The notes under the pieces are model-generated. The model saw only the letters and a list, made by a program, of their open reading frames with translations. It was not told the DNA's origin and ran no database searches. The position numbers were made by a program, and so were the translations under genes. From a virus (lineage: Duplodnaviria; Caudoviricetes), in IMG/VR virus record IMGVR_UViG_3300001782_000010, positions 1 to 55,670 of that record: a stretch of DNA of 55,670 nucleotides; one strand, given 5' to 3'. This document shows positions 17,551 to 27,162 of this stretch, in pieces. Position 1 is the first letter of the stretch. Each line of letters begins with the position of its first letter.

Positions 17551-18185
17551 GGATATTAATAGTTACTCCAGCTAGAAGCTTTCAAGATGTTCATATTAAA
17601 GTTATGGAAGGAATAAGATCTTTAAATCTAGGAGAACATATAGTAGATTGGATATTACTTACTGAACAAAAATATAAAGGAACTGATCAAGGAAGTAGAG
17701 AAGGAAACTTAAGGTTAAAATTAGAATATGGCAGAAAAATATTTCTAGAAAATAACTATGACAAAATGATGATAGTAGAAAGTGATAATGTAATTCCAAG
17801 TCACACTTTACTGGATTTAATTAAAACTCCAGGAGATATTTCAGCTACTTTAATAATGGATAGACCAAGTATGGTACATGGACAGTATGAATGGAATTTA
17901 GTAAGGCAGACTGGTTCAGCATTCAATAAAAATGCTTTAGAATTAATTAGAAAGAAAGAACCATTTATAATAACTGGTGCAACAGGTTATCATTGTATAA
18001 TGATAGATAGAAAAGTTCTAGAAAAAACAGAATTTAAAGCTACTGATATTCATTCTTATATTAACTGGAGAGGATTAGGATTTCAGATATATTGTAATCC
18101 TCTTATTAATGTTGGACATCTAGATCATAAAAAGATCTATAAGAAAGAAATAGATGGAGAAAAAGTGATAATATTTGAAGCCTAG
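17547..18185 (+). CDS. GT-A fold (GT2-like) glycosyltransferase
   Basis: ILIVTP, IVESDNVIP (ExD), GYHCIMIDRKVLEK, C-terminal VGH. Confidence 0.7.
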   Translation: MRILIVTPARSFQDVHIKVMEGIRSLNLGEHIVDWILLTEQKYKGTDQGSREGNLRLKLEYGRKIFLENNYDKMMIVESDNVIPSHTLLDLIKTPGDISATLIMDRPSMVHGQYEWNLVRQTGSAFNKNALELIRKKEPFIITGATGYHCIMIDRKVLEKTEFKATDIHSYINWRGLGFQIYCNPLINVGHLDHKKIYKKEIDGEKVIIFEA

Positions 18186-18579
18186 AAAAGTATTCATGTT
18201 TGATATAGGAGACTGCTTAGATATTGGAGGAGAAAGAAAAGGAGACAAAGGATTTCTTATTCCAACTAGAGAAGTATTTACTAGTCTGAGAGATAAAGGA
18301 TACTGGTGTGGTTTTGCTTCTGGAGTATATTTCTGGGTTGGACATCAGATTGCCAATAGAAATAGATTAACAATAGATTTTGCTTTCAAGAAAGAAGATA
18401 TAATATATTTTGTAGGAAGTGTAGAAATAATGTATGGACCAGGAACAATTTTTTATATGATAGGAGAAGATGAATCTGATAAAATGTTTGCTGATATAGC
18501 CAATCAAGCATGTCCTAGTAAAGTTATATATTATTCTCCTAGAGAATTTTATAAAAGATTTAAACAAGGAGAATTTTAA
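18175..18579 (+). CDS. HAD-like hydrolase (divergent)
   Basis: FMFDIGDCL (motif I-like), FASG (II), MIGEDESD (IV). Confidence 0.5.
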   Translation: MKPRKVFMFDIGDCLDIGGERKGDKGFLIPTREVFTSLRDKGYWCGFASGVYFWVGHQIANRNRLTIDFAFKKEDIIYFVGSVEIMYGPGTIFYMIGEDESDKMFADIANQACPSKVIYYSPREFYKRFKQGEF

Positions 18580-18580
18580 A

Positions 18581-19159
18581 TTGGATTTTAAAAAATTATG
18601 GGACCAAAGAAAGATTGGTACATATCAAGATATTGAACTTCCAGATGGAACTGTTTTGGAAGGATGGAGACATTCAGAAAAAACATGGGACCAAATTAAA
18701 TGGATCCCTTTTAAAAACAAAATAATTCTAGATATTGGTCCTTTTCATGCATATTTTTTAATAAAGGCTGTTCAAGCTGGTGCTAAAGAATGTTATGGAA
18801 TAGATTTAAATGTTGGTGCGTTAGGGGAAGGAGAAATAAAAACATTATATGTAGCAAAAGAAATTGTTAAAAAGTGGAAATTTAATAATATATATTTAAT
18901 AATAGCAGACTGGATGTTTTCTCCTATTAAAAATAAAGTAGATATTATTTTATGTTTTAATACAGCACATTATTTTCATAATATTAATAAAGGAATAGAA
19001 GACATGTTTAAAATAAGTAAAGAATGGATAATATTTCAAGTGATGCATCATATTGTACCTATTATATATAGATATTGTAATAAATATAATTTTAAGGTAG
19101 AAAAAGAAATAATTGGTACATGGAATCAGAGACCAATATTATTTTGTAGAAAGGTATGA
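18581..19159 (+). CDS. SAM-dependent methyltransferase (CmoB/DUF1698-like)
   Basis: YQDIELPDG, ILDIGPFHAYF, YGID, DIILCFNTAHY. Confidence 0.75.
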   Translation: MDFKKLWDQRKIGTYQDIELPDGTVLEGWRHSEKTWDQIKWIPFKNKIILDIGPFHAYFLIKAVQAGAKECYGIDLNVGALGEGEIKTLYVAKEIVKKWKFNNIYLIIADWMFSPIKNKVDIILCFNTAHYFHNINKGIEDMFKISKEWIIFQVMHHIVPIIYRYCNKYNFKVEKEIIGTWNQRPILFCRKV

Positions 19160-19162
19160 AAT

Positions 19163-19912
19163 ATGATAATTACTGGAATTGTTAAATTTTATAATGAAAG
19201 TAATAATGGTAATTTAGAAAGATGTCTTAAACAGATGTCAATATATTGTAATCATATTATATGTTGTAATGATTCAAGTACTGATAATAGTCTAGAAATA
19301 GCATATAAATATACTAATGATATTATTAATCGTCCTAATGATTTTAAATCTGAACTTCAGCACAAACAAGATTTGTTAGATTATTTGTATAAATTTTATC
19401 CTAAAACTGATATTATTATACATTTAGACCCTGATGAATGTTTAGATAATATTTCTAATATAGGAGCTTTGTGTGATGAAGTTCTAATAAAAAATTATGG
19501 AGGAATAAGAGCACACCTTCTCAATTTATGGTTATCTGAAGATTATTATAGAGTAGATAACGCATTCAATTATTTATGGAAAACATTTCTATGGAGAAAT
19601 ACTGGAGAATTAAGGTATCCTTCTGAAAAGAAATTACATCAACCTATGCACCCTCCAAATATTAAAAATATAGCTACTGTTAATCCAAGAAGTTTACAGA
19701 TAATTCATTATGGATTTTCTACTCCTGAATTAATAGCTAGAAAATATAAAACATACAAATCATTAGGACAGACTGGATGGGAATTAAGTAGATTAATACC
19801 TACTCATAAAACAGAACTATTTCCTTTATATCCTGGTTCAGGAGGAAGACCTATAAATAGAATAAATAAGAAAGAATGGAAGGAAGTATTAAAAAAATGT
19901 CAATTACAATAG
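19163..19912 (+). CDS. GT2 family glycosyltransferase
   Basis: NDSSTDNS, LDPDE, IIHYG. Confidence 0.8.
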   Translation: MIITGIVKFYNESNNGNLERCLKQMSIYCNHIICCNDSSTDNSLEIAYKYTNDIINRPNDFKSELQHKQDLLDYLYKFYPKTDIIIHLDPDECLDNISNIGALCDEVLIKNYGGIRAHLLNLWLSEDYYRVDNAFNYLWKTFLWRNTGELRYPSEKKLHQPMHPPNIKNIATVNPRSLQIIHYGFSTPELIARKYKTYKSLGQTGWELSRLIPTHKTELFPLYPGSGGRPINRINKKEWKEVLKKCQLQ

Positions 19913-20655
19913 TTATACCAACATATAATTCAGTAGATTATTTAAAAACATGTTTAAAGTCTATTTTCAAACAAACTCTTAAACCAGATGAAATTTTAAT
20001 AATAGATGATTGTTCTACAGATAATACTTGGGAATATCTGGAAGACTTAGCTAAAAATCATTCAGAAATAAAAATACATACTAATAAAGAAAATATGGGA
20101 ATAGGGTACACTAGAGGAAAAGGAATTGATCTAGCAAGATCAGAATATATTGGATTTATATCTGCTGATGATGGTTTAGAAAGAAAATTCTGTGAAGTAA
20201 TGTTAAAATATAATATTAAATATTCTGATTCATTATTGTATTCAGATTATTTTAGATGTAACGAAGAATTAATACCTACTGGAATATATAGAGCACCATC
20301 TTTTAGAGATCAGGAAGAATTGGAGAAATATTGTATTGTTGAAGCTAGAAAACATAACATGTTTATTTGTTATAATTTATTTGGACCTTCTAAAATATGG
20401 AAGAAATGTAATTTTAATCCTAATAAAAGAATGGTAGAAGATTTAGAACATTTACTTAGAGCATTAGTTGTACATCATATTAAATTTACTCATGTACCAT
20501 TTCCTTTATTTAAATATAGAATACATAAAAAATCAACTACATCTCAGAAATATTGGGATTGTATAAAAGAAAATAGAAAGACCTTTAAAGAAATAAATAC
20601 TCTAGTAAACAAAAGAATACTATGGGATCAAATCTTTAAAGGTAAAAAATTATGA
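19876..20655 (+). CDS. GT2 family glycosyltransferase (start probably 19897)
   Basis: IVIPTYN, IDDCSTDNT, SADD, EDLE, YRIH. Confidence 0.9.
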   Translation: MEGSIKKMSITIVIPTYNSVDYLKTCLKSIFKQTLKPDEILIIDDCSTDNTWEYLEDLAKNHSEIKIHTNKENMGIGYTRGKGIDLARSEYIGFISADDGLERKFCEVMLKYNIKYSDSLLYSDYFRCNEELIPTGIYRAPSFRDQEELEKYCIVEARKHNMFICYNLFGPSKIWKKCNFNPNKRMVEDLEHLLRALVVHHIKFTHVPFPLFKYRIHKKSTTSQKYWDCIKENRKTFKEINTLVNKRILWDQIFKGKKL

Positions 20656-21515
20656 AGTCTAGATTAGAATATTTAAAATATAAAGATAAAATAACAATTG
20701 GTGCTCCATTTTATAATTCTGTATGGTGCTGGAAAATATTTAGTAAAAGTATTTTAGATCAAGACTACAATAAAAAATATATTAATATTGTATGGGTTGA
20801 CAATGGATCAACAGATAATACTAAAGATTTATTATTAAAATTTAAAAAGAAATATGAGAAAGATTACAATTCTATTAAAGTCTTAGATTGTCCAAGAGTT
20901 AAAGAGAAATCTAGAGGAATGAGAAAATATATTCGAAATATAGTCAATGGTACAAATATGATAGCTGATAATAGAGAGAAAGATAGTGATCTTATATTAA
21001 TGGGAAGTGACTGTATTCCTCCTCAAAATGGTCTTAAAAAACTTCTAGATATGAAATATCTTGGAGCTGATATTGCAGGAGGAATAACTGTAATATTTGC
21101 AGGTGGTAGATTAGATAAATATGGTAGAAAAACTGTTATACCAGTCTTTTCTATATTTAACGCTTTAAGTCCATCATCTGCTTTTAAAGGAGTATTATTC
21201 CATAAAACTGAAAAGGATCTTCTTACTTTACCAGTATGGTTAAAAGATAAAGTAATTAGAGTAATGGCTTTAGGAACAGGTTTCTGTTTAATAAGAGATA
21301 GAGTATTAAAGAAACAAAGATGGAAAGTAAATTATAGATTTGGAGAGGATTTATATTTCTGCTGGACAGCACACCTTAATGGTTTCAAAATATATGCTGA
21401 TACTTCTTTATGGTATGATCATTTACATTATGATTATCAAGTAAAAAAGAAGAAACTAGGATATCAAATAATATATAAAGGAGAAACTGATAAGAGGGAA
21501 CGTTGGATTGTATAA
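20652..21515 (+). CDS. GT2 family glycosyltransferase
   Basis: APFYN, VDNGSTDNT, GSD, GTGFCLI, GEDLYFC. Confidence 0.85.
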   Translation: MKSRLEYLKYKDKITIGAPFYNSVWCWKIFSKSILDQDYNKKYINIVWVDNGSTDNTKDLLLKFKKKYEKDYNSIKVLDCPRVKEKSRGMRKYIRNIVNGTNMIADNREKDSDLILMGSDCIPPQNGLKKLLDMKYLGADIAGGITVIFAGGRLDKYGRKTVIPVFSIFNALSPSSAFKGVLFHKTEKDLLTLPVWLKDKVIRVMALGTGFCLIRDRVLKKQRWKVNYRFGEDLYFCWTAHLNGFKIYADTSLWYDHLHYDYQVKKKKLGYQIIYKGETDKRERWIV

Positions 21516-22392
21516 TTCAGATTATCAAATAACTATTGGAACACCTTTCTATAATTCTTCATATTATGTAAATATGTATTTAAAACATGTTTATGATTTA
21601 GATTATCCTAAGAAATTAATAAATTTAATATTTGTTAATAATGAAAGTACAGATGACACAGAAGATAAACTAGTTAATTTTTGTAAAAAATATAAAAACA
21701 AATATAGATCTGCTAAAGTACTTTTTACTAAACATATCGAAGAAAGAGGAAAATTTAAAGGGCATTCAAATATTGTAGAATCTGTTAAAGCTTTCATAAA
21801 AGAAAATAAAACTGACTTATTATTTATAGGGTCCGATTGTTTTCCTACTAAAGATTCTATTAATAAACTTATTGAATTATTTAGAAAAGGTGCTGATATA
21901 GCTGCAGGAATTACTTTAGTTGGAGGAGCACAGACTCAAATTAAAGGTAGATTAATAAAAGGAATACCTGTTTTAAGTGCTTATTCTTTTGATAAGATTA
22001 CTGGAAAATTTCATTCTCTATCTAGAATTAAAAAAGATAAACCATATGTTTCTATGTTAGGAGTTGGATATTTAAATAAAATAGTAGAAGTAGATGGTAT
22101 AGGAACAGGTCTGTCTTTAATTAAAAAAGAAGTTCTAGATAATGTGTCTTTTGGAATAAGTAAGAGATATGGTGAAGACCTATATTTCTGTATGAAAGCT
22201 AGAATGTTAGGATATAAGATAATGATAGATACAAGTTTATTGTATAACCACTGGCATTATAGTTATTCAACTAATACTAACCAAGATGGAATGTATTTCA
22301 TAGTTAAGGGAATTAGAAATAAAGAAACAGGTGAAATAAATCCTATAATAGATAAGAATGCTTATAAATCAAAAAGGACATCAATTTATTAG
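21508..22392 (+). CDS. GT2 family glycosyltransferase, tandem paralog of 20652..21515
   Basis: TPFYN, NNESTDDT, GADIAAGIT, GTGLSLI, GEDLYFC. Confidence 0.85.
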   Translation: MYNSDYQITIGTPFYNSSYYVNMYLKHVYDLDYPKKLINLIFVNNESTDDTEDKLVNFCKKYKNKYRSAKVLFTKHIEERGKFKGHSNIVESVKAFIKENKTDLLFIGSDCFPTKDSINKLIELFRKGADIAAGITLVGGAQTQIKGRLIKGIPVLSAYSFDKITGKFHSLSRIKKDKPYVSMLGVGYLNKIVEVDGIGTGLSLIKKEVLDNVSFGISKRYGEDLYFCMKARMLGYKIMIDTSLLYNHWHYSYSTNTNQDGMYFIVKGIRNKETGEINPIIDKNAYKSKRTSIY

Positions 22393-22398
22393 GAGGTT

Positions 22399-23085
22399 AT
22401 GATATTGGTAGTCTTAGTTGATCTACAGGTAAATACTGGAACTAATGCTTCACCTTCATGGTCTACTATTACAGCTAGTGAAAAATTAGTTTTTACAACA
22501 AGTGATATGACTGATTCTACTACAGATGCTAATATTCCATTTATTACTAAACCTGCTTCTGGAACAACTACAGCTGAACGATTATATTGGGGTACTTCAG
22601 GAGAATATACATGTATAATAACATATCATGGACATGGTACTGGAATGGACAGACCTAATGATAATGAAAATGTTATTAGATGGTCATGGGATGCTGCAAT
22701 GAATAGTGCTCCAGAATTTACTGCATGTTTAGATACTGTGACACATTCAGCTGCAACAGCTGGTAATGAAACTCTTCTAGGAGGAACAACTAATGAGACA
22801 GTTGATAAATCACATCTTAAAGCAGTAATATGTGATGGAAGCTTATCAGCTTCATGGTGTACTGCTGGAACAGGATCTATAGGAGAAGTAACAACTACAA
22901 ATACTGGGCAGTCATTAAATGGTTTCTATTCTGAAGATAATTCTAATGGACAAACATTGAAGAAAGATGGTATTCCTTCAGGAGCAGATAATGAACCACT
23001 AGCTCTATGTATGTTTGTATCCGCTTCATTGACAGAAACTGGTACTGTAGATTTCTATCTATCCTGTAAATTTACATATACATAA
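22399..23085 (+). CDS. Ser/Thr/Gly-rich putative minor virion protein
   Basis: Acidic, T/S/G-rich beta-like composition; strong GGAGG SD; C-terminal aromatic (FTYT). Confidence 0.5.
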   Translation: MILVVLVDLQVNTGTNASPSWSTITASEKLVFTTSDMTDSTTDANIPFITKPASGTTTAERLYWGTSGEYTCIITYHGHGTGMDRPNDNENVIRWSWDAAMNSAPEFTACLDTVTHSAATAGNETLLGGTTNETVDKSHLKAVICDGSLSASWCTAGTGSIGEVTTTNTGQSLNGFYSEDNSNGQTLKKDGIPSGADNEPLALCMFVSASLTETGTVDFYLSCKFTYT

Positions 23086-23148
23086 GAGATATAGTCAGAA
23101 CATCTGACCTTTATCTCTTCAACTGGTCCAAGGAGGATACAGAGTTGA
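23085..23148 (+). other. Two adjacent intergenic stem-loops
   Basis: AGAGATA..GTCAGA-ACA-TCTGAC..TATCTCT, then TCAACT...AGTTGA, followed by a T-rich tract. Confidence 0.5.
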
Positions 23149-23175
23149 GATCAAAACATTTTTATTTTGTAGGAG

Positions 23176-23622
23176 TTGATTAAAATATCTTATTTTATAG
23201 CCCATCTAGACAATGGAAAAAGTATTTCAGAACAAAAGATGTTAAATATTATTGATCCTAAATATAGGAGATCAGTATGGGATTTTATGAGAGATAATGG
23301 ATATTTAGAAAAAATATCTTCTCTAGAACTTAAACTTCCATATGGAGACTTGGTAAATATTCCTAGGAAAGAACCACACTGGAAATTCTTCCAGTTTAAA
23401 TATGCTCAGTCTGCTCCACAGAAAGGATATAGTCACAAAAGACTTGCTCAGATAATTGGTGCAGTTTATAATAATAAAGGAGATTGTATTATAGTATGTT
23501 ATTTATCTGATAGTCCAGATGTTATAGTAACAATAGATAATATTATAAATTTAAGATTGTTTAGAATAGGAGCTATTAATTTAAAGTTACATAATATAGA
23601 ATTGAAGGAGATACCTATATGA
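23176..23622 (+). CDS. Hypothetical protein
   Basis: ORF with AGGAG SD and TTG start. Confidence 0.5.
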   Translation: MIKISYFIAHLDNGKSISEQKMLNIIDPKYRRSVWDFMRDNGYLEKISSLELKLPYGDLVNIPRKEPHWKFFQFKYAQSAPQKGYSHKRLAQIIGAVYNNKGDCIIVCYLSDSPDVIVTIDNIINLRLFRIGAINLKLHNIELKEIPI

Positions 23623-23987
23623 TCTCTTTCAAATGTCAAAGATGTGGATGGTGCTGTAAAAATAAAGCTATAAATATTTTATATTCTGATATTAAACGAT
23701 GGGAAAAAGAAGATAGAAAAGATATTTTAAAAGAAGTAAGTTTTGTAGAAGTAAAGAATCCTAAAATATCAGGATTTTATTTTGTTAAAACAAGTATTCC
23801 AAATCATGATAAATGTCCTTTTTTAACTTTTAAAAATGATTTAGCTATATGTTCTATATATGAAACTAGACCTAAAAGTTGTAGGAATAATCCAGAAATT
23901 ATTCCTAAGGAATTATATAAGAAATGGTTAGGATGCCCTGCATTCAGGGAGGTGTACAGGGATTGGATAAAAGAACAATTGAATTAA
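23619..23987 (+). CDS. YkgJ-family (CxxCxxCC) cysteine-cluster protein
   Basis: FKCQRCGWCC, CPFL, CSIYETRPKSCR. Confidence 0.85.
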   Translation: MISFKCQRCGWCCKNKAINILYSDIKRWEKEDRKDILKEVSFVEVKNPKISGFYFVKTSIPNHDKCPFLTFKNDLAICSIYETRPKSCRNNPEIIPKELYKKWLGCPAFREVYRDWIKEQLN

Positions 23988-26797
23988 GGAAAGATGAACA
24001 AGAAGATACTCTCCTAGCTATTTTACATAAAGACGAACTTTTACAGATTATTACTAATGCTAGAAAAAATATAAGTCTAAATTTAGATCCTGAAACAACT
24101 CTAGAAAGTGATAGTGAAGACATTGGTAATTGGACAGGTTCTGGTGATTCTCCTTATCTGCAATACGATGATAATAATTATATTTATTCTGATGCTAAGA
24201 AAGATACTACAAATAATGTTACATTTGAAAATCTTCCAGGAAATGCAGAATCTATTAATACAGTAGTTCTAAAAATAGAAACATATCTTGTTGGTAACGC
24301 TAAAAGTGGTCTAGTATATTACTGGGATAATGATGGAAGTACTGAAAGAAGTGCTGACTTAAACTTTCCTCGAGATACATGGGGAGAACAATCAATTGAT
24401 ATTACTTTAGATATAGGTACTGTTTCTGATGTTAATGCTTTATATGTGAGATTAGAATCACCTAATTTAACGAATGAATCTAGAATAGATTATGTCAAAG
24501 TACTTGTAAATTATAATGAAACTGCAGCAGTTACTACATCTTTTGAAGATATTCCTGCAACTATTAAAATTGAAATATTAGATTATAAAAACATCTTATC
24601 AAGAATCAGAACAGAAACAAAAGATTATAAAAATATAATTTCTAGATTAAGAGTTCAATTAAAAGAATTTAAAAATATTCTGTTTTCAATTAATGTTCAA
24701 ACTGAAGAGTTTAAAAATTACTTATTAAAACTTAGAGTTCATACTTTAGAATATAAAAATATTCTAACAAGTATTAAAATATATACAATTCAATACAAAG
24801 ATATTTTTTCTAGAATAAGACTGATTTCAATCAAATATAAGAGTATACAAGTTAGACTTAGAATAGGTTTTACAACTTATAAAAATATACCGATAATAAT
24901 TAAATTAGAAACTTCAAATTATAAAAATATAACAATAAGGATTAAAACTAGAGTTGAACAATTTAAAGATCTCATAATTAGAATTAGAACTTGTGTTAAA
25001 CTATATAAGAATCTTTTATTAAGAATACGAATACAGAATTTAATTTATAAAGATATAATTTTTCAAATTAAAATACAATATAAAATCTATAAAGATATTC
25101 TTGGAACTTTAAAACTTGAAGATTTACTTTATAAAGATATTTTAACAAGATTAAGAATTGTAACCACTTCTTATATATATATTTTAAATAGAATTAAAAT
25201 CCAGACTTTGGAATATTCTAATATATTAATTCAAATTAGAACACAGTATGAAAATTACAAAAATATTCTATCTAGAATTAGAACTATAACTTTAGAATAT
25301 TCAGATTATATAATACGAATTGAAATTCATTATTTAATATTTAAAGACATTACTTCAAAAATAAAATTAGCTGGAACAGGGTTCAAAGATATTGTACTAA
25401 GAATTAAATTTGTGGAAGAATATTTTAGAGATTTACCTTCTCTAATAAGAATAAAAATAATAGAATATAAAAATATCATATTTAAAATATATATACATTT
25501 AACTTTATATAAAGATATTTTAAATCAGATAAAACTAGAGACTTTAGTATATTTAAATAAAATAGTAAGAATAAGAACTCATATTGAAACATACAAAGAT
25601 ATTTTAATCATAATAGAAACTGCTTATAAAAATTATTCTGATATTATCTCTAGAGTAAGATTTGCACAGACAGAATTTAAAGATATTAATATTATGATTA
25701 AATTCTTTTCAGGAAATTACAAGGACGTTCTTGTAAAGATTAGAACTAAGATAATAGTTTATAAAAACTATATATTTAGAATTAAAATTCATAACTTAAA
25801 ATATTCTGACTATTTAATGAGAATTAGAAGTCAATATAAATTTTATGCTGATAAACTTATAAAAATAAAGAACCAATCTCAAGGAATTAAAGATATTCCA
25901 ATTAGAGTTCGTACAATGGTTTCAGGATATTATAAATACTATCATATTATAGTTAAATTCTTACAGAATTATTATAGAGATAGACATTCAATAATTAAAC
26001 TTGCCTATATTTCTTATAAAAACATTCTTTCAAAAATAAAAGTTTCTGTTAAGACAACTTCAGATTATTTGATTAGAATTCGTTCAATTAGTCTATTTGA
26101 TATTTTGGATCAACACTGGGACAGTCTTACAGACTGGATTAAAAGTGGAGATGGAACATCTGAGATATACCCTCCTTCACAATTACATCAGAAACCAGAA
26201 TCATACTCATATGTTAAAAGATCTTATGATATTTCAGAAGGATTTACAACTAAAATTTACACAGTATATTTCTCAGTAAAAGCAGAATCATGGGGTGATT
26301 ATATATCTCATGATTTCTTTGATGGTATTCATTGGATCAGTTTTAGAATAAAATCTGATAGAATAGAATTAAGAAATGAATTTGGAACATATTCTTATTA
26401 TACTTTAAGTACTGATACTAACTTTCATACTTGGGAATTACAAGTTAACAGTTTAGAACCTTTTGTTAAAGTCTATAGAGATAATATATTCATTACTAAA
26501 TTTACTTCATTATATGATTATACACAACTTGAAGGAAGAGTAGAAGTTTACTTATATAGATTTACTGATGGAGAAATGTACGAGGATTATCTGAGAATAA
26601 AATCTGGGATAATTCAGTTCTTTAAAGATGTACAAGTAAGAACTGGTTTTAGAGATTACTGGTTGTATTCTTATGCAACTGTTAGAATTAGAACTACAGA
26701 TTTTAGAAGACCAGTTGTAATATCTAAACTAGAACTCTTAAGAAGATATATTAAATTAATACCTATGAAGAAAAATATATCTATTGAAATGTATTGA
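23924..26797 (+). CDS. Fibre-like protein with ~37 tandem 14-aa repeats (start probably TTG at 23963)
   Basis: Repeat consensus (Y/F)K(D/N)I-x-x-(R/K)I(R/K)-x5; globular N- and C-terminal domains; GGAGGTG precedes TTG at 23963. Confidence 0.65.
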   Translation: MVRMPCIQGGVQGLDKRTIELRKDEQEDTLLAILHKDELLQIITNARKNISLNLDPETTLESDSEDIGNWTGSGDSPYLQYDDNNYIYSDAKKDTTNNVTFENLPGNAESINTVVLKIETYLVGNAKSGLVYYWDNDGSTERSADLNFPRDTWGEQSIDITLDIGTVSDVNALYVRLESPNLTNESRIDYVKVLVNYNETAAVTTSFEDIPATIKIEILDYKNILSRIRTETKDYKNIISRLRVQLKEFKNILFSINVQTEEFKNYLLKLRVHTLEYKNILTSIKIYTIQYKDIFSRIRLISIKYKSIQVRLRIGFTTYKNIPIIIKLETSNYKNITIRIKTRVEQFKDLIIRIRTCVKLYKNLLLRIRIQNLIYKDIIFQIKIQYKIYKDILGTLKLEDLLYKDILTRLRIVTTSYIYILNRIKIQTLEYSNILIQIRTQYENYKNILSRIRTITLEYSDYIIRIEIHYLIFKDITSKIKLAGTGFKDIVLRIKFVEEYFRDLPSLIRIKIIEYKNIIFKIYIHLTLYKDILNQIKLETLVYLNKIVRIRTHIETYKDILIIIETAYKNYSDIISRVRFAQTEFKDINIMIKFFSGNYKDVLVKIRTKIIVYKNYIFRIKIHNLKYSDYLMRIRSQYKFYADKLIKIKNQSQGIKDIPIRVRTMVSGYYKYYHIIVKFLQNYYRDRHSIIKLAYISYKNILSKIKVSVKTTSDYLIRIRSISLFDILDQHWDSLTDWIKSGDGTSEIYPPSQLHQKPESYSYVKRSYDISEGFTTKIYTVYFSVKAESWGDYISHDFFDGIHWISFRIKSDRIELRNEFGTYSYYTLSTDTNFHTWELQVNSLEPFVKVYRDNIFITKFTSLYDYTQLEGRVEVYLYRFTDGEMYEDYLRIKSGIIQFFKDVQVRTGFRDYWLYSYATVRIRTTDFRRPVVISKLELLRRYIKLIPMKKNISIEMY
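24542..26098 (+). repeat. Coding tandem repeat, 14 aa (42 nt) period
   Basis: YKNILSRIRTETKD YKNIISRLRVQLKE FKNILFSINVQTEE ...; about 37 units counted by eye. Confidence 0.9.
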
Positions 26798-26865
26798 AAT
26801 GTTCAAAATGAAATTAGTAATGTATATTAATATCATATAACATTTATAAAGAGGAGGAACAGATC

Positions 26866-27162
26866 ATGGGACTGGCTGTTTTTGAACTAGGTTCTGAAGT
26901 AAGATTTAGAGCTACAATTACCGATTATGATGCTAAAACATTATTTAATCCAGATGATCAAACAGTTAAATTAATATCAGGTTCTTCTACAGTAACATAC
27001 GGAAGTCCTGTCTCAGAAAGTACTGGTATATTTTATTTTTCTTATCAGACTTCTATAAATGATCCTGAAGGTTATTGGTATATTGAATGGAGTATTACTA
27101 AAGATTATATCACTACTGTATCTAGAAAGAAATTTCTTGTACAAAATAGTGGTGGAGATTAA
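26866..27162 (+). CDS. Small Ig-like virion protein
   Basis: GSEVRFRATITD...STGIFYFSY...EGYWYIEWS beta-sandwich pattern; same position after a fibre gene as 7124..7480. Confidence 0.5.
   Translation: MGLAVFELGSEVRFRATITDYDAKTLFNPDDQTVKLISGSSTVTYGSPVSESTGIFYFSYQTSINDPEGYWYIEWSITKDYITTVSRKKFLVQNSGGD

Noticed and set aside
24542-26098. Possible CRISPR array or DGR-type repeat region
   Set aside because: Periodicity is at the protein level only; there are no identical nucleotide repeats with spacers, no adenine-specific variant pair, and no reverse transcriptase in the window.
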